A DNA stretch of 56,589 nucleotides, filler included, from Dugesia japonica (GCA_001938525.1; 5 parts of 5 records of this genome joined end to end with filler, not necessarily neighbours in it); one strand, 5' to 3'. Counted from the whole stretch's first letter, positions 11,907 to 24,503 are shown. A program made the numbers and translations. The notes: generated by a model not told the origin, from the sequence alone.

Positions 11907-14900
11907 TTAACATATTTTAGAATCTATTATTGTCCAATCGATAGTAATGGAAAACACAATGGTGTCGTCTTTCAGTAAATTTTGATTACCTAAAAGACTT
12001 TTGAAACTAATAAATTTTTTGGGGCCAACTGGTTGACTAACGTTTAATTCTGGCTTGGGGAAAGTACATTTTGTAGTAATACACGGCTTGGAAAAGTAAA
12101 TTTCTTCTGTTAATTGATTAACCAGACTAAATGTAATAGACTGTTCGACAGGCCAAACTAGGTTTTCATCATGTTTACCTTTCACAACTACAACTCCTAC
12201 AGACAAGTGTGTATTCCAAGAACTTTCAAATCCGTTCGGATAGACAACAAGACATAGCCGATAATTATTTATGCAATAAAACGGTGAACTGTGTAATTGA
12301 GTACGAGCTCCATTTTTTGCATTTTTATGTAACTTGGAAAAATTTTTCATTTCCAAAGTGTATGAATGTGTCTTTGTTATCAACTGGTTTTGATGTATTT
12401 GATTTGGAGAATTTTTTGATTTAGTTTCACATTCATCACTGATTTCATTGGGCATTGAAGCTTCTTCTGAATAGTTTGATATTATCGGTTTAAATTGTTT
12501 TGGAACTGATTCGAAAGAAGATGGAGAGAATATAACCTAAATTATTATATTCTATACAACTTATTTTAACTTATAAAAATTTACTTTTCTTTTAGATTTG
12601 CTACTTTCTTTGAAATCATTCAAATTTTCTTTATTATCTGTCTTCTTTCCGAAATTTATAATTATTTGTTTATCTTTTTCTTTCGTTTCGACAAATGTCT
12701 AATTAGAATTGATTAAATCTCTCATTTTTAAATTTAGTTAACAATAAATTATATAATTTTTCAAAGATATGTCTCCTCAAATTGACCAATAGCGGGAGAT
12801 TATTTTTCCATCAAATTATATTAATTCCATCAATAAAATAAAGTGTAAAGAATAGTTAATACTAGATTTACGGGGAAATTTTCGAAATTTTTTTGATAGG
12901 TTTTAGTAAAAATAAGTATACTATATAGCTACATTTAAAATTAAGGAAACTAATGAAAACCCAAAAATAATACATGTTTAAATCAATAAATAAATAATTT
13001 ACAACATAATGATGAAACAACTGTTTTTTATTTTCTTCGTTTTATGAATAAAAAAAATGTTAAATTACGTAAATCTTAATGTTAAACAAAAGTTGCAATT
13101 CTGCATTGATGTTATCAACTTTCTATATTATTAAATTTAAATATTTCATTAAAGTGCTTTATATATTGGGTCATCCGGAAAGTCTTGTAGATTTTGACAA
13201 ACATATTTTAAATGAAAAGTACGCAAATTTTAACACTTTTATTAAACAAAAAATTATCCATTCTTTTGAAAAAACCTTCGCCATCTGTCAGGCACGCTTA
13301 TAGAAATCATTTCACCTATGGTCAAAAAGTCATCTAGGTACGTTTTGGTGGCCTACAATGAATTAAACTCTCTTCCACTTAAGGAAATTTGTAATTTTCG
13401 GAATAAATGGTAATCCAAAGGGGCAATGTTAAGTGAGTATGGCGGATGAACCATAAATTCCCAGTCGTACTCCTGGACTATACACAGCATAATCAATGAA
13501 ACGTGCGGCCTGGCATCATCATGTAAGACAGCACCTATCCGTTTGGCCAATTCTGGTTGCTTGGCATCGATGGCGGCCTTAAGATCTGCTAATTGAGATG
13601 AATACTTTTCGCCGACGAAGGTCAGCTTTTGGAGTTAATGGAGCTGCCTAACCCCAAGATCTCTTTCTTGTGACCCATTTCTCATACCATGTGATAATCC
13701 TTTAGAAAGATACATCTTCATTTCTTTTAAGTAGAGATTCGCAAGTTATAATTCGAGCAATTTGATTCTTTTCTATCAGATTATGAAGAACCTAGAAATC
13801 ATATCGACTGATGAATCCCATTTTCTTAAAATTATCGTGAATAGTGATTTTTGCAAATTACAAATCTTTTCTAATTTCTTAGAAAAACAAATTTTACTTT
13901 TATAAATTTTATTAATGAAATAATACAGGTTCAAAAAATCTACAGGATTTTCCGGATGAAATAATATTAAGAAAATTGTACAATAAATAAACAAAATAAC
14001 GGTGAATATGGTACAACACTAGTCATGATAAATTAGAAAAAAAATTATTTAATTAAAAGCTTCTATCAAAATATTGTTTTTATTTTTCTTTATATATGTT
14101 TTATTTTTTTAGTTCTCGATAGTATTTAGAATTTTCGATTCAAATTTGGTGAAAATTTTATTGAAATTGTTATTAATTTATTAACATCTTTATGTAAATC
14201 TGAAGTCAGTTCGTGACGAAGATAAAGTCAAAAATTCGAAATAATAGTAAAATCAAATAAAAATAAAACTAAAAAAAATCAAATATATTTTAAAAAAGAA
14301 AACCAATATTTTGATCGAAGCTTTTAATTTTTTGAAATCTCAAATATTTTTTCTCGCAATAATTGTAATTAGAATAAGTAAATTCATAGAATAAAACGTT
14401 AATATTTTCTATTAAAGCATGCAGTATATTACAATTGAATAACTTTATGTCAAGGCAAATGATTTATAATTTTATATATTCAAAGATGATGTGTATAATA
14501 TTCAATATTGTTTAACTATAACAATAGGTAAATAATACGAATAGAAAGGAATTTTAAAAAATAATTGAATGAGCATAATAATATAAAATGAAAAAATGAT
14601 CCCTAAGGCATAAATTTATATGATAGGATGACAATGAAAACAAAAAGACATCCTTGAAATTTTGAAGGTTCATGAGTTCGCTAATTGTTTTAAGTCTAAT
14701 TTCCTTATTAAATTTCTATATTTCAATCAATTCTTGTGTGTTTTGTTCGGTGTCATTGCATTTAGTAAAAATATAAAAGCTAAATACATAAGAACGTTTC
14801 ACTATAAGCTTGTCTTCAATTATTTTACAGGTCAAAAAGAATTTTTAATCGAAATTGTGATAAATCGAATAGTAAATAATAATATATTAAGTGTGTGCGT

Positions 14901-17900
14901 TGAAAGTGAACGTTTTTTTAAAATAGCTNNNNNNNNNNNNNNNNNNNNNNNNNNNNNNNNNNNNNNNNNNNNNNNNNNTAATTTTATATATTCAAAGATG
15001 ATGTGTATAATATTCAATATTGTTTAACAATAACAATACGTAAATAATACGACTAGAAAGGAATTAAAAAAATAATTGAATGAGCATAATAATATAAAAT
15101 GAAAAAATGATCCNNNNNNNNNNNNNNNNNNNNNNNNNNNNNNNNNNNNNNNNNNNNNNNNNNNNNNNNNNNNNNNNNNNNNNNNNNNNNNNNNNNNNNN
15201 NNNNNNNNNNNNNNNNNNNNNNNNNNNNNNNNNNNNNNNNNNNNNNNNNNNNNNNNNNCGGTGTCATTGCATTTAGTAAAAATATAAAAGCTAAATACAT
15301 AAGAACGTTTCACTATAAGCTTGTCTTCAATTATTTTACAGGTCAAAAAGAATTTTTAATCGAAATTGTGATAAATCGAATAGTAAATAATAATATATTA
15401 AGTGTGTGCGTTGAAAGTGAACGTTTTTTTAAAATAGCTCTACTTATAAAAAATGTGAATTATTTGACTGAACTAACTGCTGTTCTTTATGTCAAACATT
15501 TTTTATAAATATTCAGTAAAAACTTTTCTAATAATTCTAACAATATATTTCTTCACATAATTTTAGATGAAGAAGTATATACAAAATAAGCACCATTTGC
15601 GCGAAATGATGCAGTTTCACTTTAACATAAAAAATCTGCTGCAGAAGCTCACAGAATACTAATGGAGGTTTATGGCGAAAATGCTACATCAAAAGCAGTT
15701 TGCAAAAAAATGTTATTAACGATTCAGAAGGGATAAAGATAAAGTGAAGTGAAGATAAAAAAAGCCAGGGCTATAAAGAAACGGTTTAAAGACCAAAAGC
15801 TGGAAGCATTGCCAAATCATTAAATGTTTGTTGATCATCGATAAATCAATGCTAAAATGTCATGAGGATATGTTTACAAGCAATGGAGGTTAGTGTCTTA
15901 CGAACTCAAGCTGAGAGACGTAAAAAGAAACAAAGCCACAAGTGAAACTTTGCTTGCTCGGCGCAAAAGTAAACGTTTTCTGCATTAAAGTGTTACGAGT
16001 GAAGAAAAATGAATTTAATTCCGTACCCCTAAACGAATGAAAATAATTTGAAACCATAGCCAGCCCTGGAAAGTAACACTAAAGAGGAACATCTGTGGGA
16101 AGAATACTCTGCAATTAGGGATTGCAAAACCTAAATCCGGGCTCCCGGACCATTTTAAGCCGGTTTTTGTTGGTTCAATTTCGGTTTTCAAATAATAAAG
16201 GTGTCCGTATCAATTTAATTACAATCTATGGAACTATTAGTCTGGCGATATACTTAATCGGACAGAACGTTTTTGATTATAACAGACAAAAAGATTTGTC
16301 TAAATATAACCCAGGCACAATCAGACTAATTTGTTCAAATTAAATTGCTTTGTTCGGTTTTATATGTTGGTGTGAATTAACTTTTTAGATACATAATGTC
16401 CTCGCAGTTATTATTATTTTAAAAATAAAATTCAATTGTCTGAAGTCACATATTAAATAATATAATTTATAATATTTAATATAATATTTATATATACGTA
16501 TATAATATATGTATGTAATAAACTATATATGTAAAAATCGTTAATTATATACAGTTAAAGTAATACATTTTTTCTTTCACATACTGTGTATTATTACATT
16601 TTTCTGCAAAAGTGAAAATGAGTTAGACTGAAAAAGAACTATTTTAAATTTTAATTTTCAACNNNNNNNNNNNNNNNNNNNNNNNNNNNNNNNNNNNNNN
16701 NNNNNNNNNNNNCATTTTAAGCCGGTTTTTGTTGGTTCAATTTCGGTTTTCAAATAATAAAGGTGTCCGTATCAATTTAATTACAACCTATGGAACTATT
16801 AGTCTGGCGATATACTTAATCGGACAGAACGTTTTTGATTATAACAGACAAAAAAGATTTGTCTAAATATAACCCAGGCACAATCAGACTAATTTGTTCA
16901 AGTTAAATTGTTTTGTTCGGTTTTATATGTTGGCGTGAATTAACTTTTTAGATACATAATGTCCTCGGAGTTATTATTATTTTAAAAATAAAATTCAATT
17001 CTCTGAAGTCACATATTAAATAATATTATATATTTATATATACGTATATAATATATGTATGTAATAAACTATATATGTAAAAACCGTTAATTATATACAG
17101 TTAAAGTAATAGATTTTTTCTTTCACATACTGTATATTATTACATTTTTCTGCAAAAGTGAAAATGAGTTAGACTGAAAAAGAACTATTTTAAATTTTAA
17201 TTTTCAACCCATCTAATGAAAGAAAAAGATGAATATTATCTCCAATATATATTCTATANNNNNNNNNNNNNNNNNTAAATTTTTGTTGATATTTTAAATA
17301 TTCGATATATTAATTATTTTCAATTGCATTTCAATTTTTACACACAGCCATGGGAAATCTCAAGTTCGTCAAGCACCCTAAAAACGGTGATACCTCTTCC
17401 ATTTGGCATTTATTTATGAAAGAAATAAATGAAAGCCATGCAAAATGTATTAAATTTAATAAGATTTTGAAAACTGGAGGTGATACTTTGTGTTTCCTCT
17501 GGGCTTATTTTAAAACAATTAAAAATGTATAGAACTAAAACGTTTATTTAAATTGTAGTGCTATATAGATTTCTTAATTATAATTTGCTAATGAATTATT
17601 ACAAAAAATGAAAAAAATTTGTTATACTGAAATAAAATATAAAATAAAGTTCAATAATTTAATCCTCTGAATTCTTCTTTGAAGTACCAAATTTTCGGTA
17701 TTGAAAACCGGGATATCGGTTTCAGTTCCGTAGAAACCGAAATACCGGTTTTCAAAATTCCTTTCGGTTTTGCATTCCCTATTTGCAATGCATCTGTTTA
17801 GGGCATAAGGGTGATCAATAATGAACTATTAAAACCTGGTTAAAAAATTACATGAACCATCTACCGAGATCTGATAATCCGCCTACGCCAGAAGTGAAAA

Positions 17901-20900
17901 ACGATAAGAGTATGAGATAAGGCAGTATTTAGTAATTTTGATACATGACAACGCTCGGCCACATATCACAAAAGAAGTCCAGGAAATGTAAAAGGAGCTT
18001 AAGTGGGCATTGCTATTCACCAGACTGTACCCCTTCTGACTATCATCTGTTTCGGTCGATGGTACAATCACTAAGCAGCACTTCCAATCCTTTGAAGAGA
18101 TTGATCACTGACTGGTTAAACACCAAAGATGCTGATTTGTTTAGTCGGTGAATTATCTCCTCTAAGATATGAGAAAGTCAATTCTAACAATGGGTATTAC
18201 TTTGGATAATGTATCTTTTTTGGTTTATATTTAAATAAAGACACAAATAAAATTTATTTGTAAAAAAGTTCAAATTTTCGAGAATAGTCTACAATAGTCG
18301 ATAATAGATGTTCCTGAAGAAGACTATTGTCGAAAATTTGAACTTTTTTACAAATAAATTTTATTTTGATCGAAGCCTTTTCTTATTTTAATGAAATCTC
18401 AAATGCGATCAATGGTTAAGTTCAACAATTATTCTCACAATAATTGCAATTATAAAAAAGACACAAAATTGTAAAAAATGACTGACTTTCAACGCACATA
18501 CCTAATAGTAAAAATAATATTAAAAAAAGCCATAAATGTCAAAAAAAAAATGGTTTAAAAAGCCTTATTAAAGTTGAAATATTTATTTAAAATATTATTT
18601 CAGAATTCTCAGAAAATTTATCAGAAAATAAAGATATTTATAAAAATGTTTCTTGTTTTTTTCATCTATTTCAATATATTTTCTCGATTGCATCAACACC
18701 TGTTTTATTATTGTGTTTACTTNATTTGTTCTTTCCTTACTTTCTAGTTTACTTTATTAATCTTTTATTAAATTTTTAAACAAAGATCTTATTAAAAATG
18801 AACATTTGAGATTCTATTGAGAAGAGTATTACCTAGAAGGAAGGATATGTCTCAAAAGAAGGGTGAAATACCTATGTTTTATAATGATTGGAAGGTTTAA
18901 AACAATTAGGAAAGGTCAGTTATAATTTGTTCAAAGGCCGAAGTACAAAATATTTTGTTGAGAAGTGTGGAGATGGACAATAAACGTGTTCGATTTACGA
19001 TAACCATTTTTCCTAAATTACGATAGCAAGAAAGTAATGTAGTTTTATAAAGCGACATCAAAAATCGTGTAGTATTGTTAGTTTAAACTGCATGCTTAGC
19101 CCGTGAATATTATTCCAGATATTATCGAATATGTGACAAAAAGTATTTGCAACATTATATGTTATACGAGTTTTATAGCTCTAAACTTAAGGGATAAATA
19201 ATCGATATTTCAAATAAGGACTTAAGTGAAACAGAATTAGAAAGAAACCAAATTACCGAGAAGCTCCGCACACAAAATCCCAAAGTAAACGATCTCTAGC
19301 AAAGAATTATGGAGTAACTGAAAGGGATATTCGAAAAACGCTCAGCTAATAAGTCAGAGAACACCAAAATGACCAACACTCAGAACTTGAAGATAAGTTG
19401 TTTCTATGGATTGAATGATTATGACGATCTTCTAAGTTCGATTGAAAAAGATATTTAAAAAAATTGCATTGACAGAAAAAATGTTGCAAATCGACAAAAT
19501 TTAAGGCAATTGAAAATTCAAAACTTAGGAGAATTTTTAAATGGATTAAAATATTATATCTGTAGACGACATTTGTTATTTCTAAATATGTAATAACTTT
19601 ATTTTGAAATGCCGTTTAAAATTTTGATTATCTATATTAGTGCAAATATTAAATTAGTACAAAGGCTAAATAAACGTAAAAGCTAAATTCGCACAAAGGT
19701 TAAATCAGTACAAAGGTTAAATGAGTGCAAATGTTACATAATTACAAAGGTTACATAATTATAAAGGTTAAATTAGTACAAAGGTTACATTAGTACAAAG
19801 ATTAAATTATTGCAAAGGTTAAATTATTGAAAAGGTTACATTAGTACAAAGGTTACATTACTACAAAGGTTAAATTAGTGCAATGGTTACATTAGTACAA
19901 AGATTAAATTATTGCAAAGGTTACATTAGTACAAAGATTAAATTATTGCAAAGGTTAAATNNNNNNNNNNNNNNNNNNNNNNNNNNNNNNNNNNNNNNNN
20001 NNNNNNNNNNNNNNNNNNNNNNNNNNNNNNNNNNNNNGGTTAAATTATTGAAAAGGTTAAATTATTGAAAAGGTTACATTAGTACAAAGGTTAAATTAGT
20101 GCAAAGGTTACATTAGTACAAAGGTTACATTAGTAAAAACGTTAAATTAGTACAAAGGTTAAATTAATATAAAGGTTAAATTAGTACAAAGGTTAAATTA
20201 ATAAAGGTTAAATTAGTACAAATGTTAAATTAGAGCAAAGGTTAAATTAATATAAAGGTTAAATTAGTACAAAGGTTAAATTAATACAAAAGCTAAAAAC
20301 GTAATTTTTAAATTAATTTAATAAATTTCAAATTATTTAAATGGAATATTAAAACAACTGAAGAAAACTAATTTATTACTTGTTGAGAAAGAAATAATTT
20401 CTGATTAATTTTCATTTTGCTAACTTGTTCATTAATGTGAATTTGAAAATAATTTATTTTCTTCTGAAATTAATAGAAAAATCAACTAAAAATATTTCAA
20501 TAACAAAAAATCTCTACATCAAATTCTTTTCGTAAATTTTGAATTTCGTTCTTCAAATCAGAATTATTAACATTCAAAATCTCATTTTCTTTCAATGATT
20601 TCAATAAATCTTCATCTTTTCTACGCATTTCTTCTTCATATTTCTTTCCATTTTCATTTATTAAATTTTCCATATTATCGATTTTATCCTATATAAATTA
20701 TATATTGAATAATCAATACTATTAATGATAATTATTATATATCATAAATTAGAAAAAAATATTTGATTAGACCATTTCAAAAGACAATTATGATGAAATA
20801 ACAAAAGAACCCGATATTAAATTTGGAGAAAAATTACTTTTCGTCTAATCAAATCCTTTGATAAATAAATTATTTACATTTAAATTGTCGATTGAAGCTT

Positions 20901-21390
20901 TCGAATTATTTTGTAATTTATAAAATGATGTCAATAAAAATCGCAAATGATCGTTGTTGCAATTATTCAAATGGTCTGTCAATTCGACTGGTAAAATTGC
21001 ATTATTGCAACCCATATTGAAAAATGGACAGACTTCATGGGATTTTATATGCTCTTCCATTTTGATGAGTTCACATTTACAATTGCAATTACTGATTTTA
21101 CATTTCACAACTATCTGTGATATGTCTTTGTTGGCTGGATAATCTATTTGTAGAGAACTACCAATACTAATTATTTGCTTAGAGCAATTTTTAAAAATTC
21201 CTGGACAGAATTTATTGCCTTCACTCAAATAGTTTTCAATGCATGTTAAGCAAAACCTACAACCACAGTGACTTTGATAAACATTAATCGCTATTTTTTT
21301 GCAAAGTATACATTTCAATTCACAATATCTTTCTAGATCGATATAAAAATCATCATTTTTTAATAATTTCCAGACAGTTTCATATTTCAT
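11907..21390 (-). CDS. TRAF-family protein (~503 aa); exons 21390-20878, 20688-20518, 20463-20380, 12698-12585, 12536-11907
   Basis: RING CILC..CGCRFCLTC..CPG, TRAF-type Zn finger (CPFFNMGC..H..H), coiled-coil exons, and MATH domain (LHSSPFY..YRLCLVVYPNG..THLSVGV..LVWP..ITFSLVNQ..GPKKFI..LLKDDTIVF). All four introns are GT-AG phase 0 and give an open frame. Confidence 0.92.
13166..13964 (-). mobile_element. Internally deleted mariner (Tc1/mariner)
   Basis: TIRs ttgggtcatccggaaagtcttgtagattt / aaatctacaggattttccggatgaaataa with TA at both ends; LHDDARPH and HPPYSLNIAPLDYHLF motifs. Confidence 0.9.
14051..14375 (+). mobile_element. Degenerate Penelope-type pLTR fragment with inverted 5' segment and decayed hammerhead core (14209-14241)
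   Basis: 14051-14115 is an inverted copy of 14265-14329; 3' end resembles the 18248 and 46710 repeats; gTGACGA-A-GAT-AAA-GTC-aAAA. Confidence 0.55.
16116..17781 (+). mobile_element. Non-autonomous hAT element with BED-finger remnant (17350-17532)
   Basis: TIRs TAGGGATTGCAAAACC / GGTTTTGCATTCCCTA; 8-bp TSD tctgcaat/tttgcaat; SIWHLFMKE..AKCIK..KILKTGG. Confidence 0.88.
18248..18456 (+). mobile_element. Penelope-type retroposed pLTR fragment
   Basis: TSD aaagacacaaa (18237-18247 / 18457-18467); 5' ~45 nt is an inverted copy of 18321-18367; contains a hammerhead core. Confidence 0.8.
18310..18343 (+). ncRNA. Minimal type I hammerhead ribozyme
   Basis: GTTC-CTGAAGA-A-GAC(TATT)GTC-GAAA-AT-TT-GAAC: stem I GTTC/GAAC, CUGANGA and GAAA core, palindromic AATT stem III. 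Confidence 0.75.
18780..19560 (+). mobile_element. Highly decayed pogo/Tigger-like remnant
   Basis: RSLAKNYGVTERDIRKTL resembles the CENP-B/psq HTH; multiple stops and frameshifts. Confidence 0.4.
19636..20297. repeat. 17-nt tandem repeat AAAGGTTAAATTAGTAC
   Basis: More than 30 degenerate units. Confidence 0.95.
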
Positions 21391-22342
21391 TCTAAATCTT
21401 TAATCTAAAATTTCAACATAAAGTTATTTAAATAATTTTGAAAATTTAAAATATTTGAATGTTAAATGATCTAATATTTAAACAACTAAAAATACAAAAT
21501 GAATAATAGAATTTTAAAACGTAGGTACTTTTATGATTTATAAGCATGCAGTTTTAAGTTAAGTTTCTTTTAATAAATTTATTTGACTGATATTGTACAC
21601 TAGTAACTCTTTAAATCCAACAAAGTTGGCAGCAAAATCTTTCGACATAAAACCATTGCTCAACATTAACACAATTCACTCAAACTCCCAATAAAATATT
21701 TTTTATTATGAATCCAAACCAAAATTTTTAAAATCGAATTCCATGTGTCTTCCGTAAAATGGAAATCCAAATTAAATATAAATTGAGTTTAATTATCCTA
21801 TGCAATCCATTGGAATAAATGAAGTCATTAAAAAGTAGGCATTTATGTTGCAAATACGATAGATGTTTGTGATTTTGTAGTAGCGGATGTTTTATATTGA
21901 TTTTAAAATCTTTTCCAATTTTCGGTCAATAAAGTCCAAAATGGTTACTTATGATCTGATAAGTAAAGATGATAGTAAATCGCAATATAGTTATATCATT
22001 ACATGATACTTATTGCAATCACAACAGCTTATATTCTTTATTAAATGTAACTTTTGAGATTGTTTTATTTCTATACTGCTTTTAGTATTTATAATAATTA
22101 GTTAATGTAAGAAACTGAATAATTATCATTTTTTCAATTTTCGCATGGTAAATTGATGATTTTATTGATCTACTTTATTTAACTTTTGTTGTTCATAGTT
22201 CATTGGTGAAAATGTAAATTATAATCAAAAAAGAAATTTGTACATTTATATATGTTCAATCTGTGATAATTAATATGAGTGAATTAAACAATATTGTATA
22301 TAATTTTTCATTTCTTTGATAATTTTAGATTGAGTATCATTA

Positions 22343-22442
22343 NNNNNNNNNNNNNNNNNNNNNNNNNNNNNNNNNNNNNNNNNNNNTTAATTAATTAANN
22401 NNNNNNNNNNNNNNNNNNNNNNNNNNNNNNNNNNNNNNNNNN
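22343..22442. other. Artificial scaffold linker
   Basis: 44N-TTAATTAATTAA-44N. Confidence 0.95.
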
Positions 22443-23013
22443 AAATGGAGAAGAAATATCTGAAAGAGGTAAATTTTATTATTATTATTTATTTATTTAT
22501 TCTTTTTTCTCAGATCGTGCAAGAAGAATAATAAATAAAGTGTATCCAGAATGCGAAAGAATATCCAAATTGAAAGAAGAAAGAGAATATTGGGACTACG
22601 TTCTGGAAAAAAAGTTGATTGATATCAACAGAGTTTTAGACCTTTTCGAAAGCGAATNNNNNNNNNNNNNNNNNNNNNNNNNNNNNNNNNNNNNNNNNNN
22701 NNNNNNNNNNNNNNNNNNNNNNNNNNNNNNNNNNNNNNNNNNNNNNNATTTGTAAAAAAAAAATTAAAAAAAAAATTAAAAAAAAAAATTAAAAAAAAAT
22801 TCAAGAAAATTTTTTGAAAAAAAGTATGACTCATCCTGATCTAGAAAAACGATGAGTCATCGTCTTTGCTCTATTCAGCGATGAGTCATACTTATGAGTC
22901 ATCGTCTTTGTTCTAGTCATCGATGATTCATACCTATGACTCATGCTCTTTGTTATAAAAATTCTTTGTCTAGGGGGGGAGGGGGTGATCCAGCGCGCCA
23001 CTATTTACCTACT
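22443..23013 (-). mobile_element. Polinton/Maverick terminal region (element body to the left)
   Basis: Reverse complement reads AGTAGGTAAATAGTGGCGCGCTGGATCACCCC, matching the terminus at 25977. Confidence 0.65.
22826..22944. promoter_or_regulatory. Cluster of AP-1/TRE palindromes ATGA(C/G)TCAT
   Basis: Perfect sites at 22826, 22852, 22881, 22894 and 22936, plus a 1-mismatch site at 22923. Confidence 0.7.
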
Positions 23014-24317
23014 CTCATTTATAAAAATAAAATTACCAATTCCCGTAATAAGTGGGAATAAATAAAATCAAATCACAGTTCATTCTATGTATATCCAGTT
23101 ATTGCCTAGCCATTAAACTGGTTATTTAGTGAAGTATACACAAGTAAAAGAAAGCTGATTGTGTTGTTATCATAGAAATAGATTCCAACATAATGATCAC
23201 GAAATTTCCAGTGAGCTGATTAATTAAAAAATTTGTTTTTCTCACTTAAATTCACAGAGAAAATATATATTTTTACTCAGTGGTTCCACTACGGAGTGAT
23301 AAATTAGGCAAGAGAATATTTTTTGCAACTCAACGCGAATTATAAGTGAAATTATTTAATCCTATTCCAGAATAGGCAATTTGATGACTAGTGCCGAGTC
23401 AGGAGAGGAGATAATTGATATAGAATTTCCAGTGCGGTGACTCATTGATAAACTGCTGTTCTAAATTTTGGAGTGTTTTCCGACGTGTGAATAGATAGGA
23501 TGAGTAAAATTCATCCAATAGGACATATGATTAAATATATTATTCTTGGTTTCCCAGTAACTGGTTAATTCCGTTACAGTTAATAATCCGTCTGTTCATT
23601 AGAGTGATTAAAGTCGGGATTGCAGCTTAAACCCGGAATATGTTTTTTTGCATTTTGTTAAAAGTTGTCATTATCTTTCGATCAGTATCAACATGAATTC
23701 CTGGCACGAACATAACGGTTGTCAGAATTATTTTATTATCATATTTAATATTATTATCACTATTGAGGTTATTATTATCAACGTTATTAATACCATTTTA
23801 ATGAAATGTTATTTATGTTATTATTATCATAATTGTCGATTTAATTATGCTTAGCGAATGGAGAATTATTACTATTATCGTTATTATTACTCTGGTAGTT
23901 ATTACATTTATAATCATTACAATTATTATAACTATGATTATTATTATTTTCGTTCTGATGATCTTTGCAGCTCTTTTTATTAATATTGGTTTTACTATAA
24001 CTATGATTAATACTAACCATATTTTTAAAACTATTATTATTGTCAAATCTATTCTTACCATTATCATCATAGCAGGGTCTATAGCGGGTGGCGTCGTTGA
24101 ATTTATAAAGAATCGGGTTATTAAAATAAATACAACTCTCGTCTTGACAATGATGTTTTGGCCCCATCACTTTTAATAATCAAGATTTAAACATTAGGAA
24201 TTCCTCACATACAAATTCGGCTCTTTAATACGCGAAAATCATATCTAACGGATAACACTGTATCCTTATTAATTTAATATTGAAAATTTTCATTCAGGTC
24301 AAATAGTGTTTTAAGGC

Positions 24318-24503
24318 ATGTCGGGCATATTAAACCAAACTCTAAGAATTATTCGTAGTGAAAAGGAACTAGCCCGTAAAAAGCTATGAATCGATCCCAT
24401 TCTAGCACCGGATAAGATCCTTTCCACCGACGAAACTGACTTACGCTCTTTTTTGGAGCTATTTCCATTGCAACCCAAGGTCAACATAGATAGTGACTCC
24501 TAA
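24318..24503 (+). pseudogene. ~61 aa ORF with one internal TGA; homologue of ORF 35796-35978
   Basis: MSGILNQTLRIIRSEKELARKKL*IDPILAPDKILSTDETDLRSFLELFPLQPKVNIDSDS aligns without gaps to the 35796 ORF. Confidence 0.75.

Larger units (their letters stand above)
15398..18505 (+). mobile_element. Mos1-like mariner pseudogene with two nested insertions
   Basis: TIRs ttaagtgtgtgcgttgaaagt / actttcaacgcacatacctaa flanked by TA; remnants KKSAAEAHRILMEVYGE, LVSYEL..RFLH*SVTSEEK, IHDNARPH, YSPDCTPSDYHLFRSM. Confidence 0.9.

Noticed and set aside
14460-15439. ~500 nt direct duplication including a second mariner TIR
   Set aside because: Near-identical copies around gaps; probable assembly or haplotype artefact
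16151-17208. ~510 nt tandem duplication inside the hAT
   Set aside because: Copies flank a gap; likely unmerged haplotypes
19636-20297. Regular repeat array as a CRISPR
   Set aside because: No unique spacers, no cas genes, eukaryotic context
23813-24176. Ile-rich ORFs 23813-24070 and 23847-24176
   Set aside because: Alternative frames of an AAT-rich (Asn) tract
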